A stretch of 64,000 nt of DNA from Eledone cirrhosa (GCA_964016885.1 OZ024740.1:182776001-182840000); one strand, 5' to 3'; shown: positions 49,075 through 63,331, counted from the first letter of the stretch. The notes: generated by a model from the sequence alone, not told the origin. Numbers and translations are program-made.

Positions 49075-50837
49075 TATGAGCGAATTGATCTAGATGAAAT
49101 GCAGTTTGGGTTTGTGTCAGGTAAAAGTACCACAGACGCTCTTTTCCTTGTAAGACAACTACAGGAGAAGTACCTAGCTAAAAGTAAACCCCTCTACTTA
49201 GATTTTGTAGACCGGGAGAAAGCCTTTGACAGAGTCCCTCACTCCATTATCTGGTGGGCTCTTAGAAAACTTGGTGTAGATGAATGGCTTGTGAGAGCTA
49301 TACAAACTATGTATAAAGAAACAGTCAGTATGGTTAGAATTAACAATGAAGATTGTGAAGAATTTAGTGTAAAAGTTGGTGTTCCTCAAGGTTCTGTCCT
49401 TAGCCGTCTCCTATATATTATTGCCCTTCAGGTTATAACAGAGGAGTTCAAGACCGGCTTCCCATGGGAAATCTTATACGCAGATGATCTAACTCTCATA
49501 GCTGAATCTATGGCTGAACTAGAGAAGAAATTCCAAACATGGAAGCATGGCCTAGAATCAAAAGGCCTTAAAGTTAACTTGTCTGAGACTAAAGTTCTAG
49601 TTTGCAGAAAGGAAAATAGGGCGCAGGTGCCCTCAGGGAAATGGCCATGCTCAGTGTGTAGGAAAGGAGTAGGCAGAAATTCCATTTTATCTCCCAAATG
49701 CAAACTATGGGTACATAAAAGATGTAGTGGGATCACAGGTAACCTATCTAAGAATGTAGACTTTATATGTGGCCGATGCTCAGGTGCAACAAGTAGCAAG
49801 TGCCCACAGGATACTAGCTCCTTCTATTGCCCAGATGGCTCTATAGAAATAGTGGACAATTTCCGTTACCTGGGTGATGAAATCAGCAGTGGTGGAGGGT
49901 GTTCTGAAAGTACAGTAGTCAGAGTCAGAACGGGATGGAAACAGTTCAGAGAGCTTATACCGCTGTTGGCCACAAAAGGTTTCTCTCTAAAAATGAAAGG
50001 CAGATTGTATGAGGCCTGTATATGAACAGCAATGTTATATGGCAGTGAGACATGGGCATTGCATGCAGAGGACCTGCGCGGATGGAGAGGAATGAAGCAT
50101 GCATGCTCCGTTGGATGTGTAATAGTAATATACGTGAACGGCAAAGCATAAATGAACTAAGTGAGAAATTAGGAATAAGAGGGATCAGATGCTGTTTACT
50201 TGAGAGAAGACTACGTTGGTATGGTTACGTGATACAAATGAAAGACGACAGCTGTATAAAAAAGTGCAGGGCGATCAAAATTGATGGTAGTTACGGAGTA
50301 GGTAGACACAGAAAAACCTGGGATGATCTGATAAATTCCGACCTTACACACTTGCACCTCTCTAAGACAATGTCACTGGACCGAGATCTTTGGCGCTACG
50401 CAGTAATACAGAAGACCTGCCTTGCCTTTGTACAAAGCGAAAACTACAGTCAGTAGGCACCTCTTAACCAAATATAAACCCCAATCCACTACCCCTACCT
50501 TATCCTCCCACTCCCACCAACACCACCCTCGCTCTGTAAAGTTGGTACCACAACATCCAGTCCAAATAAATGAGATAATGAGATCGAGATCGTGTAGGTG
50601 TCACAACAAAAAATCACACAGTCCACGCTGTAATGTGGCAGTGTAGGTAACATGGTAAAAAGTTCCCAGTTCCCCACTGTAAATGTTGTTGGTGTTAGGA
50701 AGGGCATCCAGCCGTAGAAAACCTGCCAGATAGTCCTATATGAGCAAGCCATGGTCAACCTTGCCTCAAGTGGGACAACTCCCGTCTAACCCATGCTAGC
50801 GTGGAAGATGGACTTTAAACGAAGATGATGATGATGA
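49075..50837 (+). mobile_element. RTE-clade LINE (PHD-bearing family), RT through 3' end
   Basis: ORF 49099-50025 has QFGF, D.EKAFDRV, GVPQGSVLS, YADD, a Zn finger and FRYLG; C-terminal ORF 50052-50456; (gat)n tail. Confidence 0.95.
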
Positions 50838-50859
50838 TATATATATATATATATACATA

Positions 50860-51889
50860 TGGGGCAATAAGTAGCAGCAAGTGCCCACAAAATACTAGCT
50901 CTTTCAACTGCGCAGAGGGTTCTATAGAAATAGTGGACAGCTTCCGTTACCTGGGTGATAAAATCAGCAGTGGGAGAGGGTGCTCTGAAAGTACAGTAGC
51001 TAGAGTCAGAACTGGGTGGAAAAAGTTCAGAGAGCTTATACCACTATTAGCCGCTAAAGGGTTCTCCTTAAAAATGAAAGGCAGGTTGTACGAACAGCAT
51101 ACGAACAGCAATGTTGCATGGCAGTGAGACCTGGGCATTGTGTGCAGAGGATATACGCAGACTAGAGAGAAACGAAGCATTCATGCTCCGCTGGATGTGT
51201 AATAGTAATATACGTGAACGACAAAGCATAAACGAACTAAGGAAAAATTAGAAATAAGAGGGATCAGATGTTGTTTACTAGAGAGAAGGCTACGTTGGTA
51301 TGGTCACGTGATGCGCATGAAGGACGATAGCTGTATAAAGTGCAGGGCAATAAAGATAGACGGTAGCCACGGAATAGGCAGACCCAGAAAAACCTGGGAC
51401 GAGCTGATAAACTCCGACCTCACACACTTACACCTCACCAAGACAATGTCACTGGACCGAGACCTTTGGCGGTACTCAGTAATAGAGAAGACCCGCCTTA
51501 CCTAAATACAAAGTTAACCTACTACAGTCAGTAGGCATCTCTAACAAAATACACCCCCGTCCCACCACCCCCACCCATCCACACCGCCCCCTTCTATGTA
51601 AAGTTATGTTGGTTCCACACCATCCAGGCCGAAACAAATGAGATCGTGTAGGTGTCATGACAAAAAAACACACAGTCCACGCTGTAATGTGGCCGTGTAG
51701 GCAACACGGTAAAAACCTCCCAGACCCACACTGTAAATGTGGTTGGTGTTAGGAAGGGCATCCAACTGTAGAAAACCTGCCAGACAGTCCTATGCGAGCA
51801 AGACAATCACTCTTGCCTCAAGTGGGAAAACCCCCGTCCAAACCCATGCAAGCGTGGAACACGGACGTTAAACGTTGATGATGATGATG
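50860..51889 (+). mobile_element. Second RTE copy, 5'-truncated, tandem to the previous one
   Basis: Homologous to 49785-50835; has its own (gat)n tail. Confidence 0.92.
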
Positions 51890-51928
51890 ATACAGATATG
51901 TAGACATATATATGTATAAAGATATATA

Positions 51929-52737
51929 CGAGGTGTGTCAGAAAAGTTTCAGGACTGATGTCATAATAGATTTATTTCAAACCCAAACTTCACATTAAGA
52001 GTTTTCTCCTTCAAAGCAATCCCCCTGGAGTATGTAACTGTAATCTTAGCTCTCTGCAGCGATCAAACTTTTTTCTTCATAATTTTATATACATGTCCTG
52101 TTTCAGGACGTCAAACAATGAGCACAGAACAACGAACAAACTTGAAAACTCCGTCAGAAGCACTGAGATTGCTGCAGCAAGTGTATGGAGATGATACGAT
52201 GTCAGGCTTACATGTTTTTGAGAGGTGCAAGAAGCTTAAAGATCGATGCAAGGACGTGGAAGGTGACCCGAGGAGCGGAAGGCCCTCAACAACCAGGACT
52301 GAGATCAACGTTGAACGCGTCAGGCAGATGGTGCATAGCAATCGTCGGCTGACTGTTCGCCGATGGCAAATGAGTTGGGCATGAATTGGGACAGCGTCTG
52401 GAAGATTCTCACTGAAGATTTGGACATGCGGAAAGTCTGCGCAAAGATGGTGCCAAAACTGCTGAACGATGACCAGAAGGATCGACACATGCAAGTGTGC
52501 CAGGATATCCTCAAGCTTCTTGAAACCGAACCAGACATCAAAAAGGCCATGATAATGGAACTGCGGAGGATCCTGGAAGAATCCTTCCAGGAGTGCATCC
52601 AAGCATGGCAAAAAAGGATGGAAAAGTGCATTAGACTCCAGGGGGATTAATTTGAAGGAGAAAACTCTTAGTGTGAAGTTTGGGTTTCAAATAAATCTTT
52701 TTTGACATCAGTCCTGGAACTTTTCTGACCCACCTCA
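51929..52737 (+). mobile_element. Tc1/mariner element, internally deleted, ~103-bp TIRs, TA TSD
   Basis: TA|cgaggtgtgtcagaaaagt ... acttttctgacccacctca|TA; transposase remnants EQRTN..VYGD..RSGRPST..KVCAKMVPKLL and WQKRMEKCI..GD; the DDD domain is missing. Confidence 0.92.
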
Positions 52738-52998
52738 TATACACAGATACATATACATAGACAGATACATATACATACACAGATACATATACATACACAT
52801 ATACATATATATATACACATATACATATATATATATATATATATATACATATATGCATATATATATATACATATATATACTCATATACATATATATACAG
52901 ATATACATATATATATATATACACACATATATACACACACATATATATATACACAGAGACACATATACACACACACACATACATACACACACGCACAC

Positions 52999-53033
<35 letters not shown>
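52738..53033. repeat. Compound (TA)/(CA)/(TACA) microsatellite
   Basis: Seen directly. Confidence 0.95.
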
Positions 53034-53034
<1 letters not shown>

Positions 53035-53039
53035 GCTTG

Positions 53040-55046
53040 CCCTCACAAGTGCTGAGAAAAGAGATGCTTGGAAGACCCTTTATGATAGATTACTAAATGA
53101 GAAGAATTCATGGGAAGAAGAGAGCCTACCCCAAGTAGACCCTATAGAGAGGCCGGCAGTACAAGTCAGCAGCAGCGTAGAGAGAAAGGCAATCAAAGAT
53201 ATGAAGACGGGCAAGGCAACAGGTCTATCGGGTATAGCTGGTTGGTAGGTCACACTATAACCACACGTATTGTTAACCAGGTAATACTAAAGGTAAAGGT
53301 GATGCACTAGATAGAGGAGACTATAGAGGTATAAAGCTGATGGACCAGGTCATGAAAGTAACAAAAAGAGTTATAGCACAGTTAATTAGGGACCGGGTGA
53401 AACTAGATGAGATGAAATTTGGGTTTGTGGCAGGAAGAGGCACCACTGACGCCTTCTTCCTTGTGAGGCAGTTAAAGGAAAAGTATCTAGCTAAAGGTAA
53501 GCCACACTATCTGGAATTTGTTGATCTCAAGAAAGCCTTTGACAGGGTTCCCGGTGCTATAATCTGGTGGGCTCTTAGAAAACTAGTAGATGAATGGCTT
53601 GTGAAAGCTGTACAAGCCATGTATAGGGGAGCAGTCAGCAAAGTTTGGATTAGCAATGAGTATAGCGAGGAATTTACCGAACAGGTCGGTGTCTACCAGG
53701 GCTCTGTTCTTAGCCGTCTCCTGTTCATCATAGTCCTGCATGCAATAACGGAGGAGTTTAAGACCGGATGCCCATGGGAACTTCTGTATGTAGATGACTT
53801 CGTACTTATAGCTGAATCTATGGTAGAACTAGAGAAGAAATTTCAAACTTGGAAGCAGGGACTAGAAAGAAAGGGTCTCAAAGTCAACATGACAAAGACT
53901 AAGGTCCTTGTAAGTAGACGAGAAAACAGAACCCAGATCCCCTCAGGGAAATGGCCTTGCTCAGTATGTAGGAAAGGTGTAGGTAGGAACTCCATTTCTG
54001 CCCCAAATGCAAACAATAGGTACACAAGAGATGTAGCGGGATCTCAGGAAGCTTAACTAAGAATGTAGGCTTCACATATAGCAGCTGTGCTGGGACAGTA
54101 AGCAGCAAACAGCCACAGGAAACAAGTAGAATCTCTGTAGAAACAGTAGACAGCTTCTGCTACCTAGGTGACCGAATTAGCAGTGGAAGTGGCTGTTCGG
54201 AAAGTACAATAACTAGGGTAAGAACGGGATGGAAGAAGTTCAGGAAGCTACTGCCATGGCTAGCTGCAAAAGGTTTTTCCCTCAAAATGAAAGGCAGACT
54301 GTATGATGCGTGTATCCGAACAGCAATGTTACATGGTAGTGAGACCTGGGCGCTGAATGTGGAAGACTTGCGTAGATTGGAAAGAAACAAAGCCTGTATA
54401 CTCAGATGGATGTGTAATAGTAATATACGCGAACGGCAAAGCATAAATGAATTGAGAGAGAGACTGAGCATAAGAGGAATCAAATGCTGTGTGCAGGAGA
54501 GGTGGTTGCATTGGTATGGACATGTGATGCGTAAGAAGTAAGACAGCTGCATGAAAATGTGCAGAGCACTAGAAGTCGATGGAAACCGCGGAGTGGGGAG
54601 ACCCAAGAAGACCTGGGATGAGGTGATAAAAGCTGACCTTACCCAATTACACTTCTCAAAGGCGATGACACACGACCGTGACCTTTGGCGTCACGCAGTA
54701 ATATAGAATACCTGACCCCCCCACGGGTACAAGCCGAAGCTGAAGCATATAAACAATATGCCCCCACACCCTCCCACTGCAAAGTTGTCGTGGAGGTGCC
54801 ACGGTAAAAAAGCCCCCACCCCACACTGTAAAGTGGACGTGTAGGTGCCACGGAAAAAGCACCCAGCACTCACTGTAAATGAGGTTGGTGTTAGGAAGGG
54901 CATCCAGCTGTAGAAATCAAGCCAGAATCAGTTTCCGTATGAGCAAGACAAGGTCAGCCGACCGGACACTGCTCACAACAGGACAACCCGTGTAACTCAT
55001 GCTAGCATTGAAGAACAGACGTAAAATGGTGATGATGATGATGATA
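53040..55046 (+). mobile_element. RTE-clade LINE (PHD-bearing family, diverged copy)
   Basis: ORF 53340-54056 has RT motifs (DLKKAFDRV, QGSVLS, YVDD); ORF 54287-54541 follows; (gat)n tail. Confidence 0.93.
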
Positions 55047-55289
55047 ATATATACACATATACATATCTTCAGTGATTCCTATCTCAGGATTTAAGAACTA
55101 GGTATCCTATTTTCTTTCCCTGATTCGGTTACATGTATTTTCATCATTTTTGTTCTTCACTCTCTTAAAGTGTATATTCCAGATAATTTTTACTGATTTC
55201 TCTGAAATAAGTATTTTGCTATGCATAAATAGATAACCCGCTATTGATAAAATACAATGCAATATATATGTGGGATAAGTACACACATA

Positions 55290-55415
55290 CTTACATACAT
55301 ACACATCATCATATATATATATATATATACATATATATATACACACACACATATATCTATATACATACATACCTATATATATAAAGATATATGTGTATAT
55401 ATATGTATATATATA

Positions 55416-55513
<98 letters not shown>

Positions 55514-55528
55514 TGTATATAGTAATAG

Positions 55529-55569
<41 letters not shown>

Positions 55570-55584
55570 TGTATATAGTAATAG

Positions 55585-55623
<39 letters not shown>

Positions 55624-55648
55624 TGTATATATATATATATATGTATGC

Positions 55649-55683
<35 letters not shown>

Positions 55684-55698
55684 TGTATATAGTAATAG

Positions 55699-55743
<45 letters not shown>

Positions 55744-55765
55744 TGTATATATATATATATATGTA

Positions 55766-55803
<38 letters not shown>

Positions 55804-55907
55804 TGTATATATATATATATATATGTATGCATATGTATGTATATACATATATGTATATGTATGTATATACATATATGTATATGTATGCATATATATATAT
55901 GTATATG

Positions 55908-55950
<43 letters not shown>

Positions 55951-55959
55951 ATATGTATG

Positions 55960-55994
<35 letters not shown>

Positions 55995-56036
55995 AAATGT
56001 ATGTATATATATGTATATGTATGTGTATATATATAT
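55290..56036. repeat. Long (TA)n-based compound satellite with higher-order units
   Basis: The unit acacatatatgtatatagtaatagtaat(at)n recurs near 55505, 55561 and 55676. Confidence 0.95.
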
Positions 56037-56655
56037 TTATTAAAATAACAGATTAAAGTTTGAGCAAAGAATTGCTGCTTTCAACCTTACACTACGGTAC
56101 TTATATATTTGATATACATTTATCCTTATCGAGCCCTCTTTGGATTTTAGTCTTCAAATTTATTATTATTACTATATATATATATATATTCAAGAATGAA
56201 GAAAACAAACAAATGCAAATGCAGTCTTATTTTCTCTCTATATATATATGTGTGTGTATGTGTGCCGATGTGTGTGCCTGTGTACAAATAAGAATAATAT
56301 ATATTGTTGCTGCTACATTTTATTTCAAGAAATTTTGCAGGTGTACTTTGGTTGTCATAAGCTTTTCAGAAATATATTTAATATTTTATGTTCAGATTGG
56401 AGAAAGATATATTATTCCTTATTTTTTAACATTCCTTTGTTTTTTGGTAATTTCTATACATAATCTTTACATTTTGTTTTTGTTATATGTTGCTAAATGC
56501 AAACGCATCCACACACACACATAAATAGAAGGGGGAATGGTATTTGGAAACAAACAAGGATATACACTTTATAAAATTTACAGAAGTAAAATGTATATAA
56601 CCTCAAAACTGAAACAAAGCCAACATGTATTGAGTACTTTCCACTTTTTTGAAGA

Positions 56656-56706
<51 letters not shown>

Positions 56707-57603
56707 TACATGATTATCATTTAATGTCTGTTTTTCCAGCTGGCACAAACATATACAATATTTTGTTTAAATCTATACAGTATACCGTGTGAACAAAATA
56801 TATGAAAAGAAAATTATTTTTGATTTGTTTGTTTTTCAATGCACTTTTTACAGGTATATGTTGCAACATTTCTATTCAATAAAGCTCTTCTTTAAATGTC
56901 CTGTATTATATTCTGAAATTGAGCAAATTTCTTTTCTTTTACAGTACTGCACAATGTTCTTCTTGCAAGATTACCATCGTTTTGATGTGTTTCAAATGAA
57001 CTAAAAAAAGGGGGCTTTTCTCTGCTTGCTTTGTCATACAGTAGGTTTATTGCCATTAATTTTAACATTTTATAAGAGAAGGAAGAACTGCATGAATAAT
57101 CCTATATTTTTTCAAGGCCTCTAAACTAGTGGGAGGAAAAATGAACTTATCCTCAAACCTCAGATGTAGCCCAAATACTTACAGCAAAGTGAAATCTGCT
57201 AAATTCCCCTAAGGACTAGATAGTGGAGCCCAACTGGGCATCAGATTAAGTCTATCTTTCAAAAACACACAATGCGAAGAACTAGAACGTCAACAAAGTA
57301 TCTAACAATTACATCAACCCACTACCCTGGATTGATATATTTTATTGATGCTGAAAAGGAAAAGTAAAGTGATCTCTGCAGGATATGAATTCAGGGTGTA
57401 AGAGGCCAAAACAAAATACATAAGACCCCCTTATTTTATTGAGTTTCCTTTTCAGAATTACATAACAATTACTTACTGTAAGAAGCTTATATGTAAAACA
57501 ATGAGTTCAGTACAAGACAGAAATATATCTGAATAAAATTGGTAAAAAAAGTGTAAATAAATGATATTTAATAAGGTGGATTTAGTCAATACTACAACAC
57601 TCA

Positions 57604-57690
57604 TAATAATTGTTTCTACGTTAGGCACAAGGCCAGCAAATACCCAGTGCATTACTGGTACTTTATTTTATCGACCCCGTAAGGATGAAT
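57604..57690 (-). mobile_element. SINE-B 3' fragment
   Basis: aattgtttctac..ggcacaaggccagc..ggtactttattttatcgaccccgtaaggatgaa. Confidence 0.85.
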
Positions 57691-57989
57691 AATGGGAACT
57701 ATAAGTTGGGGATTTGTATAAATTAGAAACAATGAAATGATACTTATATTGAATTGAAGATTATTTAGCACTTTCCTTAACTAACTGTTACAATAAACTG
57801 CCTGAGGTTGTCACTTCTTTTATGATATAAAATTTCCAATTTTAAACTGTTCATATCATATATAAATTTAGATCTCCCATCTCTCAGCATAATTTTAATA
57901 AACTTAATGTAAAATAAATCATTTTACTCAATCTCACCAAATATTTGATTATTTTCAAAATTAATTCAAACATATGGAACTATCTAGAA

Positions 57990-58205
57990 GTGTGTCTCAA
58001 GCTCAAAGGCTCATGATGTTGGTGCTTATCTCAGTTCCCAGTACTAGACAACCTGAATGGCTAAATCCCCAGCTATTGCTGAGTATACTGGGACAATGTG
58101 AAATGAAGTGTTTTGCTCAAGAACACAATACACAAAGCATTTCAAGAATCGAACCACAACATTATGATTGTAATCCCATCATCCTTACCACTAAGTCATG
58201 TGCTT
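57990..58205 (-). mobile_element. CORE-like SINE, degenerate
   Basis: caatgtgaaatgaagtgttttgctcaag..accactaagtcatgtg. Confidence 0.7.
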
Positions 58206-59358
58206 CCATACATGTGACAGTCTAATTCATTAAATATATGATTACAAAAGTGTTAGTCTGTATAAGTAAAACAAAAATGTACTAGATTATCCCTACATTA
58301 TTTTCATATTTACACGATTGTTTGTGTCTTTAGATATTTTTTTTTAATTTTCACTTTTCAATTTTATTTGCTATCAAATATTTTATATCCATAATCTTTA
58401 TGCTTTTAATATCTTAAATGTCTAAATATATGAGATGAATTATTTTTAACGAGATTACCATTTTCCAGTCTATTAAGCTCATATTTGGCATCTGTATTTT
58501 CAATATTTATATCCCTTCTATTTTATAGGTTTCTTATAGGTGGAAACATAGAGCCCATGACCTTTGGAATATCTCATAGCCTGGGGAGGGTGACAGAGGA
58601 AAATAGAAACCATAACTCATAAGCTGCTACAAAAATTAACCTCATATCTGGATAGGAAATTACCCTCCGAGCAGAAAATTGGTTTTAAATCTTGGAACAC
58701 ACTGGAGTTTGTCAGAAGGATCCAATGACCAGCTGATGGTGTTAAACTGGCCAACACATTACCTCTAGTAGGCTTCAATGAATTTGGTTTCTAATCATAA
58801 TCAGGCATCTCATTCCTGGATATATTCATGATTTCAGACAACGTTAAAACTAGGAATCACTAGCCCATTGGCACACATATATAGTCCAGAAAATGATGAT
58901 TTCTTTTTTTATTGAGCAGTTTATTTCTCCTCTCACATTAGCCATGATCAACATAATTAATTTTAATGCAATGAAAAGACCACTACAGGACCAGTCAACC
59001 TGCTAGAAATAGCAGTCAAATTCTTTTTCAAAAACGATGCACTGAATAATATATTCCTGATTAAATACAATGATACCATGAAAATGAAAGAAATCTTAGG
59101 AAGGGTAACATTGGGAAGACTCAAGACAACAGAACAAAGACTGTGATTGGTCAGTCATATCTTGTGGCAGTCAGATAATTGGTATATAACATCAGCATTG
59201 AAATGGACACCAATTGTAGAAAGTAGACTATGGGCTAAATGGTGTTGAATCATTCAGAAGTTATGATTTGTGAGGGATTTAACTCCTATTTCAAGAAGGT
59301 CCACTGTATAGCAAGTATGTCCCCTTATAATATTTATATAGACATATTATAGTAATTG

Positions 59359-59480
59359 AAGGCACATGCCTCAGTGGTTAGAGAATTCAGTTCACAATTG
59401 CGGGGATGCAAGTTTGATTCCCAAATCAGGCAATGTGTTATGTCCTTGAGCAACACACTTTATTTCACATTGCTTTTCCT
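59359..59480 (+). mobile_element. tRNA-derived CORE-like SINE head
   Basis: ggcacatgcctcagtggttagag..ccttgagcaacacactttatttcacattgc. Confidence 0.75.
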
Positions 59481-60539
59481 GCCAGGTGTTGCAATCAGTA
59501 CATAGTGCAAACAATGGAAAGACCATGTTTCCTTGGCGTGATGTGATGTGTTCCATTCCACACAGTAAGTGAGTGAGCTCTGATAACTTGTTGATTGAGT
59601 CAAGAGAAAGAAGATACTAAGAATTTAGTGGAATTGACAGCAATTTTCTAAAGCCTAAAATACTCTATTCAAATTTCAGTTAGCAGTCTATTGTTTTATT
59701 TACATCTATCGACAATCACTTCTGTACACTCTGCTACCATTTTCACACTCATCATCATCATCAATATTATAGAGATTAGTAAAACTATTAGAACATTAGT
59801 TAGGGTCATTTACATTACCGGTTTTAATTCTCAGTTGATAAGTCCAACATTACCTTTCAGAAGTCATATTAGTGTTGCAACTAAATCAATTAACCCTCTG
59901 CCAAAATTTAAGACCTTGTGCCAATATTACAAATCCTAATCACTCCTGCCATCATAATTATTGTCATTATACATAAGTGAATGTCATGCACTTTGATTTT
60001 CAATAATAATAATTGTTTATACCTTTGACACAGGGTGAACAATTTAAAGGGAATGGGAATTTAAACAACTTAAAGGGAATTGGCCCTCATATGGATGAAA
60101 GGCATAAATAACATCTGTAGGATTTGAGCTCAGAATGTAGAAAGTCATAATTAAATATAAAGGATGTTGCCCAGTGCTCTACCGATTCACCTTGTTTTGA
60201 ATAATAGTAATGATAATCCACATTTAATGTCCATTTTTGCTGTTAGCAATGTGTAGTGACTAATATTAATAAATATCGTCACTCTAATTAGCTGCCTAAA
60301 GATTGTCTGTATTGATATAAATTGAATTGAAAACAAACAATACCTGTCTAATTTGGTGTGTTGTGAGTGGAAAAAAAAAATTTGAGAGAAAACTTTTGCT
60401 GACTGACAATTGTCTTTGCTTTGAATGTTGCAGGACATTCTCATAGATAAGTCACAGTTTTACTAAACAAAAAATGGAGTGTAAAAAAACTGTATTCTAC
60501 TATCTAGCAAACCTTGGTCTAGGCTTGAACACATACAAG

Positions 60540-61400
60540 ACAGTTTGAAAATGGTATCAAGACTGGCAGGTGTAAGATCAATTGGCTGGAATTTGTGGAT
60601 GACATGGTACTATTTAATTCACCAGTAGGTGATCTCATGTACTTATTAGGTTTGCTACCAAGTGCTGCACAGCAGTAATGAAAATCAGTGCTGTGAAGAC
60701 TGAGATATGTGTCCTCTCAAGAACGCCTGTACAGTGCTCTCTAAATGTGAATAGAATTCCACTGAGGCAGGAGGAGAATTTAAAGTATCTCAGGGCTGTA
60801 TTCATGAATAATGGAAAGTAGGAGACTGAATTAAGTGCAAGGATTGTAGGAACAGGAGCAGTAATATGCCAGCTTCCACATTTGGTCATCAGAAGAAAAG
60901 TTGTAGATGTAAGAGCCAAACAAGCAATTTTCAATTTAATATTCATGCCAACACCTTACCAATGGTCATGAATCTTGGGTAATGAAGTAATAAAGGAGAG
61001 AATACAAGTGCAAATACAAGCGGTCGAAATGTGATTCTCCAAAGGGTTTTTGGAGTAATGTTACTTGATAGGGTACGTAGCTCAGAGATCAGAAAGTCAA
61101 TCCAAATAGAGTCGCTATATCTCTGAATTGAGAGATCACAACTCTAATATTATGGATAGGGGGTTAAAATGTCTAACGAAAGAATCACTGGACAGATTTT
61201 ACTGGCAAAACTAACTAACAAGAAAATCAGAGATTGACCTCAAGCAAGATGGTTGGATAACATACACAGCTCAGCTGATCTCAGTTGAGGATACAGCCGG
61301 ATCGATTGGAGATGGTGGCATCTAGCAGGATGAGTTAGAAGGCATACTTGAAGAATTTTCCTCCCATGCCCCTACCAGAAATATGTGGAAGAAGAAGAAG
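60540..61400 (+). mobile_element. RTE-clade LINE (non-PHD family), 5'-truncated, with a (GAA)n tail expanded into a purine tract to ~61540
   Basis: LEFVDDMVL, KISAVKTE, FKYLRAVF and GHESWVM motifs; homologous to 14850-15120 and 12460-12893. Confidence 0.85.
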
Positions 61401-61584
61401 AAAGAGAAAAAGAAAGAAGATCAAAAAAGAAGAAGAAAGAAGATGAAAAAATAAGAAAAAAATAAGAAAGAAAGAAAAAGAAGAAAAAGAGGAAGAAGAA
61501 ATAGAATAATAATAAGAATAAGATTAAAAATAAGAAGAAATAAATATTTATATAGATGTCATATAATATGTATGTATCTATGTA

Positions 61585-61676
<92 letters not shown>

Positions 61677-61683
61677 TAGATAA

Positions 61684-62228
61684 GTTATTCCGGGTTGAAT
61701 CGGAGATAACCACAGTAAGTAAGGTACTCAATACATAGCAGAGTATAAAAGTTTTAATATCGAAGAGCTTCTACAGGACTAGAACTGTTTCATTTGTGAC
61801 AAATTATCAGGGAGCTGGCTGTCCAAGTAAGTGGTGGCATTTATATCTTTTCTTTTCTAGTGGTAGGAGAGGGTGGGGATTGGGATGAGTGGAGGTGATT
61901 GGTTGAAAGATTTAAAGAAAAGGGAGTTAATTAAAAGCTAATTCTTTAAAGCTATAGTATTAACAAAGGGAGGAAGAATAATGTAAACAAAATCATATTT
62001 GGAATACCAATCCTAGATTATCACTTAGACTAACAATGCTGTAAGACAGGTGTCTACAAGATGGGTGGGTTCAATGGTTTAAAGAAAAGGGAAATTCTTT
62101 AGAAGCTAATTCTTTAAGGCTGGAATAAGGGTGTCAAAGGCAGAGAGGGTTCGATCAACAGATTCAAGTGTTGGGATGATTCCTCTTATTGTGAAGTTTC
62201 TCTTAATATGTATTCCAGGTGTCGACAA
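61684..62228 (-). mobile_element. Penelope-like family 2 3' region with a mutated hammerhead (61766-61816)
   Basis: Matches 46304-46435; the core reads CUGAUAA. Confidence 0.7.
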
Positions 62229-62397
62229 GCACATTCACACACTCGCCCACTTACACATGTACACACACAAACACGCACGCACACAACAAACATACATAAT
62301 GGTACATACACACATACACATATACAAATATATACACATATATATACACATACATACAAATATGTGCACACACACATGCATATATATATATATATAT

Positions 62398-62860
62398 AGA
62401 AGTGTTTACACAACAGTTAGTTCACCATACCGAGAACAATTGTTTCACCTTAGCGGATCCTCAGCTCGTAATGGACATGGTTATACGGAACAGGAAGGAC
62501 AACTGTACGAACATGCATACGCAGAAACGATCACTTCACACAGGCAATACTAAATTGTATGCGAGAGGTGTAAGGGAGATAACTGCGAAAGTTTAGAAAG
62601 TTTCTAGTTGATAAGAAAATTAGGATGTTGTTGTAATTCAATCCGGAGCTTTGGAGTTATGTAAGAGGTGTTTCCAGACGTATCGACAACGTGCGAAGAA
62701 TTCATTTCTTGGGTTTAGGCAATAACAATTGCGTAATGTCTTTAGAATATTTATTCGTTCATCAATACATAGTCCACAAGACGGATTGCCCCTTGCGTAC
62801 AGCTTGGACTTAGTGATGGCTTTCCATTGAATGGAGTAGTCTATAGTTGAGTCCTGCGTG
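62398..62860 (-). mobile_element. Penelope-like family 1 3' end: GIY-YIG C-terminus, 3' UTR and hammerhead (62431-62468)
   Basis: YSIQWKAITKSKLY..SCGLCIDERINIL..LNPRNEFFARCR*-type C-terminus with CxLCxxE; flanked by (TA)n. Confidence 0.85.
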
Positions 62861-62879
62861 TCTATATATGTATGTGTAT

Positions 62880-63007
62880 ATATATATATGTAGTTTATTA
62901 AATGAACAGAAAACAGAGAGGCAGTACAAATGATATGGTTTTTAGTTTCACACACACTATATATATATATGTGTGTGTGTGTGTTTATATATATGTGTGT
63001 ATATGTG

Positions 63008-63057
<50 letters not shown>

Positions 63058-63175
63058 CATGTATATATATATATGTATATATATATATGTATGTGTGTAT
63101 GTATGTATATATATATATGTGCGTACGTCTGTATATATGTATGTATAAGTGTACGTTTGAATGTGTGTATGCATG
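62880..63175. repeat. (TA)/(TG) compound microsatellite
   Basis: Seen directly. Confidence 0.9.
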
Positions 63176-63187
63176 AGACCGTGTGTA

Positions 63188-63328
63188 TATGGTTGGTGTT
63201 AGGTAGGGCATCCAGTCGTAGAAAACCCGCCAGACAGTCCTATACGAGCAAGACAACTAATGTTACCTCACATGGGACAATTCCCATCTAAACCCATGCT
63301 AGAGTGGAAGATAGATGTTAAACGATGA

Positions 63329-63331
<3 letters not shown>
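63188..63331 (+). mobile_element. RTE 3' UTR tail fragment
   Basis: ggttggtgttaggtagggcatccag..aacccatgctag..gatgatgat. Confidence 0.85.

Noticed and set aside
55107-56048. Long YI/IY-rich ORFs (also 52631-53046 and 62902-63291)
   Set aside because: Translations of (TA)n/(TG)n microsatellites.
62470-62860. Selenoprotein/SECIS signal in the PLE 3' end
   Set aside because: The CGLC and RCR cysteines use TGT codons and no convincing SECIS fold is visible.
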